Source: a virus (lineage: Duplodnaviria; Caudoviricetes). From it: a DNA stretch of 43,562 nt. Within the stretch, counting starts at the first letter, position 1. Every line of letters starts with the position of its first letter. This document shows, one piece after another, positions 19,525 through 28,923 of the stretch. The stretch spans positions 1 to 43,562 of the IMG/VR virus record IMGVR_UViG_3300030207_001021. One strand, given 5' to 3'. The notes below the pieces were generated by a model. It did no database searches. It was not told the origin of the DNA and worked only from the letters and a program-made list of their open reading frames with translations. A program made the position numbers and the translations under genes.

Positions 19525-20490
19525 TTACTTCAGGAACTCGACAGGGTCAAAACCAGATTTTGGTTTAACATCCGTATGTCGACTTCGTCTCCCTAGGTTT
19601 GGATTCGTAATCTTATTGATTACAGAGGCTTTGCCTGATTCCATTCCTTGACCACGTAACATCTTAAAAATTTTGTCCTTGTATTTCCACAAAAAGGCAG
19701 CATCGGCGACATTGGCAACGTTGCTATAAACCTCTTCGGCAAAACCTCCAGACGTTATGTAGTTATAAAGTTCTTTCTTATCACTTGTTTTCACTTTTCC
19801 TCCAAAAAAATCTTCTTTTTCCTTAATGTACTTTTGTAAAGATTTTCTTGTTTGTAATGTTAATTGCTCTTCCTCTTGCTTTTGAGCCATTTGAGTTTTT
19901 GCAATTTTATCTCTTTCATTAGAAATATAATTTTGTAAATTTTTTCTAATCATTACTGCTTCTCTTTTCAATAGACCTGAATCTACTAATCTATCAACAG
20001 TATCATCTACTTCTGCTTTTTCTAAACCTGATGCTTCTAAATCTGCTTTTACTAAATTTTTATCTGACATCTTTAAAAAACTTTCCATGTTTTGTATAGC
20101 GTCATTAACAGGAACAGATTTTTTAACTGCATTTTTTACTGCATTTCTAAATTCTTGTTCGTTTTTAGCATTTACACCAAGCTCTTTACCTAAAGCTTCC
20201 CAATCATATACAACCTCTTTTACATCTTCTTTTGCTTCTACTTTAGGTTGAGGGTCCCAGTCTTCTTCTTTTGGTTGTTCCTCTACTTTGTTTTCTACAC
20301 TACCCCATTCAAATTCATCACCATCTGATTCTTCAGTAGCTTGTTCTTTAGACTCTACTACCTCCTCTTTAGTTTCTGACTCTGCACTTTCTTCTGAAAA
20401 TGCTTTTGGGTCAAATGTGTTAGTTTGTTCAACAGCTTCCTGTTCAACTTTTTCTATTAGGTCTTCACCTGATTTTTGTTCTGTGCTCAT
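19525..20490 (-). CDS. Scaffolding-like protein
   Basis: Highly acidic N-terminus and coiled coil; located between portal and MCP. Confidence 0.65.
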   Translation of the reverse strand: MSTEQKSGEDLIEKVEQEAVEQTNTFDPKAFSEESAESETKEEVVESKEQATEESDGDEFEWGSVENKVEEQPKEEDWDPQPKVEAKEDVKEVVYDWEALGKELGVNAKNEQEFRNAVKNAVKKSVPVNDAIQNMESFLKMSDKNLVKADLEASGLEKAEVDDTVDRLVDSGLLKREAVMIRKNLQNYISNERDKIAKTQMAQKQEEEQLTLQTRKSLQKYIKEKEDFFGGKVKTSDKKELYNYITSGGFAEEVYSNVANVADAAFLWKYKDKIFKMLRGQGMESGKASVINKITNPNLGRRSRHTDVKPKSGFDPVEFLK

Positions 20491-20518
20491 AATATTAGTT
20501 TTTGCTCTTTGCTTTGTA

Positions 20519-20526
20519 CAAAGATA
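20519..20526 (-). promoter_or_regulatory. Bacteroidota -7 promoter box upstream of scaffold/MCP
   Basis: TATCTTTG (TAnnTTTG) in the 41-nt gap between portal and scaffold. Confidence 0.6.
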
Positions 20527-20531
20527 GTTAA

Positions 20532-22868
20532 TTATTTTTTATCAATTTTGGCTCTTTCTTGTATTCTTTTTTGCATAGCCTCATTTTCTTTTAATTTTCT
20601 TTCTTTATCATTTTCTTCTCTTTGTTGCCTCATTTTCTTATCCTCTTGTTCGCCTTTTTTATCTTGCATAATCTGTCCATATTCAGCTTGTACAGAATCT
20701 TTTTGCAAAGATGTTTTTAGCTTATCTGCATTCATATCAGCTTCTACATCAGCTTGTATATTAGCAACATCTACTCTTGATTTAGAATTTTCTTTAGCTA
20801 CATTAATTTTAGCTTCTGCATCTATGTTTTTTAAGTTAATCTCATGCTGTCTTTGTGCTTCAGCTTGTTCAGCTTGTGCTTGCATAAGTTGTTGTTGTTG
20901 CTGTTGTGCAGCTTGTGTTTGTTGTTGCATTTCTTTTAGAGCATTTTCTAAAACGTGTTCAGCTTCAGTAAGACTATCTGCTTTTAAAACTTTAATAACA
21001 TCTAATAGTTGTATGTTACCACTTTGTAATGCAGATTGCGATAATTGTGTAATAGCTTGTTTTATAGCATCATCTTTAGCTCCTTCATTTACATATATAC
21101 CATAGTCATTAAGAGCAATATCAGGAAATACACTTAAAGTTTTAAATGCACCGTCACCTAATATAAATCCTGCTTTTTTACCATCAGCCCAACAAACCTT
21201 CATTAAGTTACATACTCTTTCTACTACACGTTTTTTAACTTCTGTGTGTTGGAAAAACCAGTTTTCTGTAACTAAATTAGATTGTATAACAGTTCTTTGT
21301 ACATTACCTACAGCTTCGTATTGTGACACAGCACCCTCTCTTTGCGGTGTTATACCACATACTTGACCTGCCGTTTGTTCTAACATTAACTTAAGATTAA
21401 TAAGTTGTTGTACAGAATTAGATAATGTAAAGTCTATTTGTTGGAATTGATTAAATCTTGCTGTATCAGCACCTTCATCTCTAGAGTTTATAGGAATAAT
21501 ACCGTCATTTTTTATATGATATAATACAGTTTGCATGTCCATACCTATATTAGAAGGCATTTGTGAAACATCATATACTACTGCCTTACCACCTGCCCTA
21601 GATAGCGTTAACTCTATATGGTACATAACTACGTTATATAACATTTGTATATGTTTAAGAACATCTACTAAACTAGTAACTCTACCAGCAGACATATTGT
21701 GTGTACAACCTACATAAGATAAAGGTGTTTTACCTGCATCATCTACAGACCTTACTTGATTAGGTCTTCTTCTGCAGTTTACTACAATTCTACCACCTAT
21801 TTTTGTTCCTTCCCAAATATCGTCAACAAATTTTGTTTCTATTTCTTCTCCTTTTCTAGGTTTGTAGTTATCACCTACTGATTTTCTAAATGGATTATTA
21901 GGGTCATATTTATTTGGAGATACTTTAAATTTTAATTGTCTTATAGACTTCCATTCTCCATGTATAAGTCTAATTCTTACACCTGTTGCAGAATCATAGT
22001 TTATCCATTCTATACTTGTATTATAATGAGCAAGTTCAGTACCAGAAGATATATGCCTCATGTTTTCTAACTCCATTACATCTTCTTTAGTTAGTTCTTG
22101 CCCATACTCGTCTAGTATTTCATTAACACTTAGCCATCTTTGTTCTACCACCCATTGTGATTCATCTAGGTAATCACTTTCTATTGAAGAATCAAAAGCT
22201 ATATTTCTAGGGTCTACTCTTCTTACATATGGGTCTCCATTTCTAACTGATATTTTATAAAATACTTTACCTAATACTAATAAATCTCTAAAACCATTTT
22301 TAAATAAGTCTTTCCATCTATATCTTTCTTTTAAATATTCAATACCATCTTCAGCTACCACTTCTATAGCTTCTTTATAAGTATATCTCATGTAAGCTTC
22401 TATATCATCTGGTATTTCAAAGTCTACATTGTCTTGTGTTATGTCCATTCCCATAACGTCATTTATTTCTTTTTTGACGTCAGCTAATAATTCTTCCATA
22501 ATAAGAGATACTTTCATATCTTCTTTTCTTTGTACAGCATCTCTGTTTATAGAACTAATTTTAGTTTCTAGTGGTCTTCTTAATTCTTCACTAGTTAATA
22601 AATCAATTTTAGGAGCAATAATATTGTAGTTTGTCATACGCGCAGGAAAAGGCGTACCATATTGGTCAGTAATATGCTCGTAATCTTTTGGGTCAAAATG
22701 CCCATGATAGGCTTGATAATTACGAATATCTTTATATCTATCGTTTATATATAGATTGTTATTGTATTGTGCGACATAAGGAGCCATAGCATCCAAATTT
22801 TGCTCACACCATTCTTTTGTTTTTTCTTTGTCGCTAAGCAATTGCCTAGGAAAATTAGTATACGGCAT
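20532..22868 (-). CDS. Portal protein
   Basis: 778 aa; P.Q.L...EK..EW, NYNII.PKIDLL..EE..RP, WEGTKIG, G.T.QREG motifs and Q-rich coiled-coil barrel. Confidence 0.9.
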   Translation of the reverse strand: MPYTNFPRQLLSDKEKTKEWCEQNLDAMAPYVAQYNNNLYINDRYKDIRNYQAYHGHFDPKDYEHITDQYGTPFPARMTNYNIIAPKIDLLTSEELRRPLETKISSINRDAVQRKEDMKVSLIMEELLADVKKEINDVMGMDITQDNVDFEIPDDIEAYMRYTYKEAIEVVAEDGIEYLKERYRWKDLFKNGFRDLLVLGKVFYKISVRNGDPYVRRVDPRNIAFDSSIESDYLDESQWVVEQRWLSVNEILDEYGQELTKEDVMELENMRHISSGTELAHYNTSIEWINYDSATGVRIRLIHGEWKSIRQLKFKVSPNKYDPNNPFRKSVGDNYKPRKGEEIETKFVDDIWEGTKIGGRIVVNCRRRPNQVRSVDDAGKTPLSYVGCTHNMSAGRVTSLVDVLKHIQMLYNVVMYHIELTLSRAGGKAVVYDVSQMPSNIGMDMQTVLYHIKNDGIIPINSRDEGADTARFNQFQQIDFTLSNSVQQLINLKLMLEQTAGQVCGITPQREGAVSQYEAVGNVQRTVIQSNLVTENWFFQHTEVKKRVVERVCNLMKVCWADGKKAGFILGDGAFKTLSVFPDIALNDYGIYVNEGAKDDAIKQAITQLSQSALQSGNIQLLDVIKVLKADSLTEAEHVLENALKEMQQQTQAAQQQQQQLMQAQAEQAEAQRQHEINLKNIDAEAKINVAKENSKSRVDVANIQADVEADMNADKLKTSLQKDSVQAEYGQIMQDKKGEQEDKKMRQQREENDKERKLKENEAMQKRIQERAKIDKK

Positions 22869-22871
22869 ATT

Positions 22872-24692
22872 CTAATCTTTAAATGGGACTATTCTACCAC
22901 CTTCCCTTTTGTAGTAGACAAATCCAAGTTTTTTATCTTTTTGTTCCTTTTCTCTAGCCTGAATACGGAATATATCTATATTGTGTATTAAACACAACCC
23001 AAAGGCAATAGCCCTATCCGTGTTTCTTGTTCCGTAATCAGCAAGCTCGTTTAACAAGTCAATGAACCATATATCGTCAACATTAGTTTTAATATAATCG
23101 TCCATGTACTGCTCCATAACGGCCTTTGTTTGTTTGTTCATTTGTAAACCATATCTATTTCTAGTTAAGGTTCCAGGCGCGTGTGCAGTTTTTGGTTTTT
23201 CTTTCATATACTTAAGAGCATTTTTTCTCTTAAAATAATCTATAATACCAATTCTTGTATACTCTATGAGCATTTTTGCATTGTAATATACGGCTAATTT
23301 TAGACATCCGTCCCAAAATTCTTCAGCAGTTTTTGGTCTTTCTGTATAATCAGCTACAACATAATCACTAGGCATCTCTGTTGATACAAATCTTCTATAT
23401 ATAATAGCACTTCCCATAGAAGCTGTAGATTCTGCAGTATCTTGGTCATATGAATCTATACCACCTATATCTAAACCATCATATTCTTCTACTGGGTGGT
23501 CAAGTATTTTATATGGACCATTTGGGTCTGCTATCCATTCTACATCTTCAGTAAACCCATCTTCTTCGTCAAACACCCATTCTAATCTACCTCTTTGTAT
23601 TTGATTGTCTAACTTAGTATGACTCATTATTCTACCTCTTTGAGCATTTATTAAAGACAAATCAAACCTACTACCTTTAGTTTTTAAGAAAGCTTCTTCT
23701 ACAGTTAACGGGTAGTTTTGTATATGTAAGTTGTAAGCTTTACTATTATCTCTACCTTCTAATTTTTTTCTTTCTTCTACTAGCTCTTTTCTAGCTCCTT
23801 TCTCATCACTTTCGCCAGTTTTAGTATCAAAAAACCCATAATAACAAACAGAAGCTGGTATAAACATAGGAATTAAATTAAATGAATCTGCATTGTAATA
23901 CATCTCCATAAAATCTTTAGATGATGTTTCTATATCACCCCCAGTACCACCAATAACAGGTACACCAAACTGTACATTACCATCCATAAAACAAGCTTTA
24001 GATGACATGTAGGCATTAAGAAGTTCTTTGAACTCACCTGCCTCTTCAAATATCATTACACTTAAACGCTCACCCTTAAATACTTCAGGGTTAGACATTG
24101 TCCTACAATGTATAGCAGATTGATAACCTTCTATAGTCCACTTACCATCTTTTGTTTTTTGTTTATATCCACTTTTTACAACATCAGAAGTATCTTTTAA
24201 AACAGAATGTTTAAAGTTGTTATGCTGTGCATTTAAACCTTTTTTTACTTTATCAAAGAACGAATCTGCAGTAACTTGTAGTCCTGCAGCTATTCCTACC
24301 TCATTATAAGGGTAGAATGTATATTCATGAGCACATAGTGCAGAATTCATATAACTAAAACCTTTATCTCTGGCTTTTATTACAATCATTCCTTTTTGTT
24401 CGTCTTTACATTGCTCAAACATATCAAAGTACATTTTATCTAAATCTCTGTACCATGGAGCAATCAAAGTCTTTCTATTTCCCATGTCCTCGCCACTATT
24501 ACCTAAAATTCTATAAAAATTTAAATAGTAATAATGTTTTCCTGATATTTTGTCCATTCCTTTTGGTTTGTAACCATGCATACATCTGTGTATCTGTTCT
24601 TCCCAATATTCTTGGTAAGACACAGACTCTGGGTCCAAATCAGGTATCCCCTTATAAACAACAGGGGCGTATTTTTTTATATTTTTAGACAT
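22872..24692 (-). CDS. terL: Terminase large subunit
   Basis: Walker A-like KARDKGFSY, Walker B IFEEAG, GGTGG, YP.T.EEAF, RNase H-like GIDSYD and C-terminal N.DR motifs. Confidence 0.93.
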   Translation of the reverse strand: MSKNIKKYAPVVYKGIPDLDPESVSYQEYWEEQIHRCMHGYKPKGMDKISGKHYYYLNFYRILGNSGEDMGNRKTLIAPWYRDLDKMYFDMFEQCKDEQKGMIVIKARDKGFSYMNSALCAHEYTFYPYNEVGIAAGLQVTADSFFDKVKKGLNAQHNNFKHSVLKDTSDVVKSGYKQKTKDGKWTIEGYQSAIHCRTMSNPEVFKGERLSVMIFEEAGEFKELLNAYMSSKACFMDGNVQFGVPVIGGTGGDIETSSKDFMEMYYNADSFNLIPMFIPASVCYYGFFDTKTGESDEKGARKELVEERKKLEGRDNSKAYNLHIQNYPLTVEEAFLKTKGSRFDLSLINAQRGRIMSHTKLDNQIQRGRLEWVFDEEDGFTEDVEWIADPNGPYKILDHPVEEYDGLDIGGIDSYDQDTAESTASMGSAIIYRRFVSTEMPSDYVVADYTERPKTAEEFWDGCLKLAVYYNAKMLIEYTRIGIIDYFKRKNALKYMKEKPKTAHAPGTLTRNRYGLQMNKQTKAVMEQYMDDYIKTNVDDIWFIDLLNELADYGTRNTDRAIAFGLCLIHNIDIFRIQAREKEQKDKKLGFVYYKREGGRIVPFKD

Positions 24693-24871
24693 TAGTCTTT
24701 TTGTCCTCGCTTTGCTATTACTTTATTATAATTTTGCAAACCACTTAGTTTGCCTCCTACTTTAAAAGCAGTTTTTAATCTTTCTTGATATGCTTTTAAT
24801 TTTTCTTCTTCTATAAAAGAATTACCATCTCTTACAAACTTTAAACCATTAACCTTAAATGTTTCTTTCAT
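24692..24871 (-). CDS. Small basic protein (59 aa), not in ORF track
   Basis: MKETFKVNGLKFVRDGNSFIEEEKLKAYQERLKTAF...KRGQKD*; ATGA overlap with the upstream stop and TAATG overlap with the terL start. Confidence 0.6.
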   Translation of the reverse strand: MKETFKVNGLKFVRDGNSFIEEEKLKAYQERLKTAFKVGGKLSGLQNYNKVIAKRGQKD

Positions 24872-25395
24872 ATTTTAGATTTTATGTTCATTTGCTGTTC
24901 TAGATAACTCATCTTTGCAGCCCCTTTTATTTTTTTTCTTTCTCCTCTTCTTTCTATAGCATCCAATAACTTTTGTCTAGTATTTAAGACTTTTTCTATG
25001 CCTATCATTATTTTTTGCATGCTTTCTGCATTATCTTCTGTTATTGTAACAGTACGCATAAGTCTTGTATACTCATCTATTTTTTCGTTAAATGCTATTA
25101 ATTGTGCATCTAACGGGTCAAATTGTAACTCTCTATACTTTAAAATAGCATTTGCTATTGATTGAGACTTACTACCTTTCCACTCAAACTTGTCAAACAC
25201 AGCTTTACTAACTGATTTTACTCTTTCTCTTTCTACAAAATGTCTATATGGGGAATCGTAGTCACAAACTAACGCTACCCACAACACTCCTTTTAAACCA
25301 TGTTCTTCTACTACCTGTCTAAACTCTTCTATTGCATACAAACTATCGTCTGTTTCTATTGCTTGCCCCCGCTTGTCAATATTTAATAAATACAT
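24868..25395 (-). CDS. Putative terminase small subunit
   Basis: Likely start MYLLNIDK at 25395. Helical, with D.DSPY motif and coiled coil; just upstream of terL. Function inferred from position. Confidence 0.5.
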   Translation of the reverse strand: MYLLNIDKRGQAIETDDSLYAIEEFRQVVEEHGLKGVLWVALVCDYDSPYRHFVERERVKSVSKAVFDKFEWKGSKSQSIANAILKYRELQFDPLDAQLIAFNEKIDEYTRLMRTVTITEDNAESMQKIMIGIEKVLNTRQKLLDAIERRGERKKIKGAAKMSYLEQQMNIKSKI

Positions 25396-25399
25396 ACTA

Positions 25400-25864
25400 T
25401 TATGTTGTAGCATTTAATGCCATCATCACCTCCATCTCTATACTTCCAGAAGAAGAATCAGCTGTTATAGTATCTATTTCTACCATAGTACCTACGTTTG
25501 CATTGTCATCTGTAGCAAACATTAAAGGATTTTCATTAGTAGTATTTGAAATAGGAACTATAAAACTTGAACCAGCATCAACTCTTACGGCATAAACAGA
25601 AGCAGTTCCGTCTTTAAAAGCTAAAGTAACATAGTCTGTTTCATCTAGGTTTGTTATTCTTAAATAAGCAACACTAGACCTGTCTACTGTACCAACTCCT
25701 ACAGCATCATTTGCAAATGTTAATAAAACAGACTCAGTTTCATTTACAGTAACTACAGTTTTTAAAACTTGTGTTATATTTTCTACTGATTTAATTCTTT
25801 GTGAATCGTATCTTTGACCTTCTATTGATAAGGTTTCTAATATTGTTGTTGTTAATGTAGGCAT
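25400..25864 (-). CDS. Beta-rich putative virion protein (paralog of 25873..26355)
   Basis: Shared TL....E....EG and V.Y.RITNL motifs. Confidence 0.55.
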   Translation of the reverse strand: MPTLTTTILETLSIEGQRYDSQRIKSVENITQVLKTVVTVNETESVLLTFANDAVGVGTVDRSSVAYLRITNLDETDYVTLAFKDGTASVYAVRVDAGSSFIVPISNTTNENPLMFATDDNANVGTMVEIDTITADSSSGSIEMEVMMALNATT

Positions 25865-25872
25865 ATTTTATA

Positions 25873-26355
25873 TTATTTAGCGTCAGTACTTGCAACCATA
25901 ACCTCTACTTTACCTATACCCCTATGACAATAAGCTTTAACCTCATCTATATCTACTAATGATGCCCCTAATTCAGAGGTGCTTATAGCGTCAGTAGTAT
26001 CAGCAAGAGCTACTACAGTATGAGAATATAAATAATAAGATTCATTTGGTTGTATTTCGTAAGCATAAGACAAATTTCCAGAAGAAGTACCTGCTGTTTC
26101 TGTTAAAATATTTAAAGCTATTGGCTCTAGCCCTAAATTAGTTATTCTTACATATTTAACACTTCCATCATCAAATATAGAACCGCTTATAGTGTCTGCA
26201 TGTGTAGTATATAAACTTGTTAAAGTTCCTTGTTTAAAAGAAAATACTCTTGAAAAAACATCTGTAATATTATTAAAACTTATTGTTCTAGTAGTACCTT
26301 GTTGTCTACCCTCTAAAACAATATCTTCTGTGTGAGTGACTTTTAGTGTTGCCAT
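25873..26355 (-). CDS. Beta-rich putative virion protein (paralog of 25400..25864)
   Basis: MATLKVTHTEDIVLEG...VKYVRITNLG...VEVMVAS. Confidence 0.55.
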   Translation of the reverse strand: MATLKVTHTEDIVLEGRQQGTTRTISFNNITDVFSRVFSFKQGTLTSLYTTHADTISGSIFDDGSVKYVRITNLGLEPIALNILTETAGTSSGNLSYAYEIQPNESYYLYSHTVVALADTTDAISTSELGASLVDIDEVKAYCHRGIGKVEVMVASTDAK

Positions 26356-26654
26356 TATTTATTTTTTTTTATTTTAAATTTTAATTTCCAAACCCCATGC
26401 TCTACATAAGTATACCTATCTACTTCATACTGACCTGTATCATAGTTAAGATAAGTGTCTACTCCGTTATAAACTCCCCCTCCTACATAAGATATCTCTT
26501 TATTAGTTATTATATACCCTAGGTTAACTAAGTCCATAACTATTTTTTGTTCTTTTTCAACCAAAACATCAAACTCTTTAAAAAACGTGTTATGGTATAG
26601 TTTTCCTTTTAAGGTTTTGTATATAGACCCTATAGGAGTTTTACGCTCTAACAT
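26355..26654 (-). CDS. Hypothetical protein
   Basis: 99-aa ORF; stop overlaps the next ATG; TATCTTTG box 4 nt upstream. Confidence 0.55.
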   Translation of the reverse strand: MLERKTPIGSIYKTLKGKLYHNTFFKEFDVLVEKEQKIVMDLVNLGYIITNKEISYVGGGVYNGVDTYLNYDTGQYEVDRYTYVEHGVWKLKFKIKKNK

Positions 26655-26658
26655 TGTT

Positions 26659-26666
26659 CAAAGATA
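26659..26666 (-). promoter_or_regulatory. Bacteroidota -7 box, probable leaderless promoter
   Basis: TATCTTTG-AACA-ATG. Confidence 0.55.
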
Positions 26667-26684
26667 TGAAATTTTAATAACATG

Positions 26685-27335
26685 CTAATTTCTATTTATA
26701 GGCACAGTGCTTATTACTTTGTCTACCCCAAATACATATTTACTTTCTACTAAAGCCATGTGCTTGTCAAATTCTATATCTTTACCATTAGAATGCTTAA
26801 ATGCTTTGTTTATAGCTCTCATAGCAAAAGTATGATATCCAGGGGCTATATTAATCCTAACTTCATCTATTAGCCTACCTCCTCTGTTAAAAAAAATTGA
26901 TAATGTATCGTCATCATAACCCACCATTCCTACACAATTTCTAATTGGATACGAGTAATATTGTTTTTCTGTTATATCTTTTGGGTTTCTATTTACATAT
27001 ACACTACTTATAGATGGGTCTTTAAAATCTTCTAGCACTTGGGCAGAAACAGAAGATTCTAGTGTAATTCTTGTAGAACTTACAGCAGATGTTATGGTTC
27101 CTATTTTAACTTTTTCACGTTTTGATTTTAGTCTACCTAAAGAGTCTTTAGATTTTCTTGCATAATAAACACTATCTCCTATTTTTAAATTATATGTTGT
27201 CCAGTCTTTGTAAGTAGGTTCTTTTACATTTATTGTGCTATTTATTTGCGTGTCTGTAGTAGAAACTATAGAAACATTTGATATAGTTATTATATCTTTA
27301 TAATAACAAAATATTGCGTTATCGTAATTTTCCAT
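26685..27335 (-). CDS. Putative virion protein; C-terminal half is a divergent member of the 5-paralog family
   Basis: YSYPIRNCVGMVGYDDDTLSIFFN...EVRINIAPG....AMRAI. Confidence 0.5.
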   Translation of the reverse strand: MENYDNAIFCYYKDIITISNVSIVSTTDTQINSTINVKEPTYKDWTTYNLKIGDSVYYARKSKDSLGRLKSKREKVKIGTITSAVSSTRITLESSVSAQVLEDFKDPSISSVYVNRNPKDITEKQYYSYPIRNCVGMVGYDDDTLSIFFNRGGRLIDEVRINIAPGYHTFAMRAINKAFKHSNGKDIEFDKHMALVESKYVFGVDKVISTVPINRN

Positions 27336-27336
27336 A

Positions 27337-27639
27337 TTATTTTACAACTATTTTAGTAAAAGTGCCAACAGCAGTTATATCTTCTGATGGATATAAACTA
27401 TCTGTATCAGAAAAAGTAATTATTCTTTCTATTGAACCGTGAAACGTTTCTATTATAGCCCTAACAACTTCTTCACCTTTTTTACTTGTAATAGTTAAAG
27501 GTATTTTATACGACAGCGGGGCTTTCTCAAAATACAAATCTAAAACAGTAGCTGAAGAATACTTTGCTCCTATAAACTGTTTTATTGGTAATAATAAATA
27601 ATCTGTATTGCTATTTATAAATAATGCATACTTTTCCAT
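27337..27639 (-). CDS. Putative virion protein (5-paralog family)
   Basis: Start is probably MEKYALF at 27639: the longer ORF-track start crosses a terminator, and the paralogs begin M-x-K-Y/F. Confidence 0.55.
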   Translation of the reverse strand: MEKYALFINSNTDYLLLPIKQFIGAKYSSATVLDLYFEKAPLSYKIPLTITSKKGEEVVRAIIETFHGSIERIITFSDTDSLYPSEDITAVGTFTKIVVK

Positions 27640-27643
27640 GGTA

Positions 27644-27651
27644 CAAATATA
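27644..27651 (-). promoter_or_regulatory. Bacteroidota -7 box, probable leaderless promoter
   Basis: TATATTTG-TACC-ATG. Confidence 0.55.
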
Positions 27652-27653
27652 AT

Positions 27654-27682
27654 AAAAAAAAAGGAGGCCATAGAAGACCTCC
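27654..27682 (-). terminator. Rho-independent terminator
   Basis: GGAGGTC-TTCTAT-GGCCTCC followed by T9. Confidence 0.8.
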
Positions 27683-27714
27683 CAAGTCATGAAAACACTT
27701 AATTAAGAAAAGAA
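27654..27714 (-). ncRNA. Candidate ~60-nt small RNA
   Basis: TATATTTG box at 27725-27718, then ~30 nt of U-rich sequence and the terminator; no complete ORF inside. Confidence 0.4.
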
Positions 27715-27825
27715 ACTCAAATATACAAAATATTTTTTACAAGTTTATATCGTCGGGCGCCTCGTCTATAATGTGGTTCTTAAACCAAACGCGCAAGCGT
27801 TTAAAAAATTTTTGTAATACACTCA

Positions 27826-28575
27826 TTATGTTAAGTTTCTTGTTATTGTTACACGAGCTCCGTGTATTTCATCACTACTTCCGTCTGATGTTACCCTTAT
27901 TATCATATAGTTATCATCGTTAGTTACTAATGGAGTTGCTAAAGTAACTGTACTCTCTATAGCTGTAGCACCCGTTCCTATATCAGCAATAGTTTTACTT
28001 AACACACTTGCTGAATACACATAAAAATTTTGACCAGTATCGCTACCATATACAGAAACTTGTGTTGCTTTAAAGCCACTTGGTATAGCCACAGAGGCAT
28101 ACATATCATTTGCCCCATTAGTAAATAAAAACAACTCATTACTACCTATACTAGCATCATTTGTCATTAAAGGAAACGCATTGTCAGCAGCTACAAAATC
28201 TCTAGGAAGTATTTTTATAAGAGAATTGTGACCATTATGCCCTATGGAATAATCAAAGCTTGATGATGATGTGTTAGCTACAGCAGTTATATTAGAATCT
28301 AAATATATACTATTTGCGTCATCAGCTACTACAATCATAGCATTTTCCGATGTTAACAATGCATCATATATTGAACTTAAAACTTCTTTATGTTTATTAG
28401 CTCCTATAGTTAAATTAATTATAGCTGCATTTGTTCCAGGTCTATCAGTTCCTACTATGCCTTTAAAAAATAATCTTAAATTAGTATCACTTGTGGGAAA
28501 GCCACCTAAAAAAGCGCTTTCTAAATACATTGCAGTATTGTTACTAGAATCAAGACCAAAAAATAAATAATTCAT
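27826..28575 (-). CDS. Putative virion protein: paralog-family N-terminal domain plus beta-rich C-terminal domain
   Basis: FLGGFPTSDTNLRLFFK...INLTIGANKHKEV..SI...MIVVADD; C-terminal IKILPRDF...IPSGFKAT.V.VYG...IHGARVTI. Confidence 0.55.
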   Translation of the reverse strand: MNYLFFGLDSSNNTAMYLESAFLGGFPTSDTNLRLFFKGIVGTDRPGTNAAIINLTIGANKHKEVLSSIYDALLTSENAMIVVADDANSIYLDSNITAVANTSSSSFDYSIGHNGHNSLIKILPRDFVAADNAFPLMTNDASIGSNELFLFTNGANDMYASVAIPSGFKATQVSVYGSDTGQNFYVYSASVLSKTIADIGTGATAIESTVTLATPLVTNDDNYMIIRVTSDGSSDEIHGARVTITRNLT

Positions 28576-28919
28576 CCTTCGTCTATATTAATTTGTAAAA
28601 CCGAACTTATATTATTATCTACCTTATCTCCAGTAACAGCATCAAAGACAGTTACAATAGACTCTTCCCCAGTGTTTACCTCTCTAACTATAGACTCCAT
28701 AATCGTCTTGCCTGTTCCACTAGATACATATAATACAACATTATTAGAATTAACATTAAACTCTTCTGGAAAATCTATTAAATGTTTGAAGTAAAATATA
28801 ACAAAATTGGTTGTGCTTGTTATTGAATGAACTCTATCTACAGGAAGTATTAACGAATTGTCATTATCGTCATCAGCTGTAAGCGTAGAACTTTTTCTAA
28901 AATAGAAACTTTTATTCAT
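28572..28919 (-). CDS. Putative virion protein (5-paralog family); first gene of the minus-strand arm
   Basis: MNKSFYFR...SLILPVDR...IFYFK...VVLYVSSG; ATGA overlap with the next gene. Confidence 0.55.
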   Translation of the reverse strand: MNKSFYFRKSSTLTADDDNDNSLILPVDRVHSITSTTNFVIFYFKHLIDFPEEFNVNSNNVVLYVSSGTGKTIMESIVREVNTGEESIVTVFDAVTGDKVDNNISSVLQINIDEG

Positions 28920-28923
28920 ACAG

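Noticed and set aside
20860-20930. Gln-codon repeat in the portal gene
   Set aside because: Ordinary Q-rich coiled coil of the portal barrel, not a DNA repeat element.
18016-24692. Introns or inteins in terL, portal or MCP
   Set aside because: Uninterrupted ORFs of expected size with no visible intein or homing-endonuclease motifs.
104-28570. Plus-strand ORFs antisense to the structural genes (e.g. 104..448, 2269..2553, 6839..7216, 18239..18595, 20476..21105)
   Set aside because: Ser/Phe/Leu-rich shadows lying opposite well-supported minus-strand genes.
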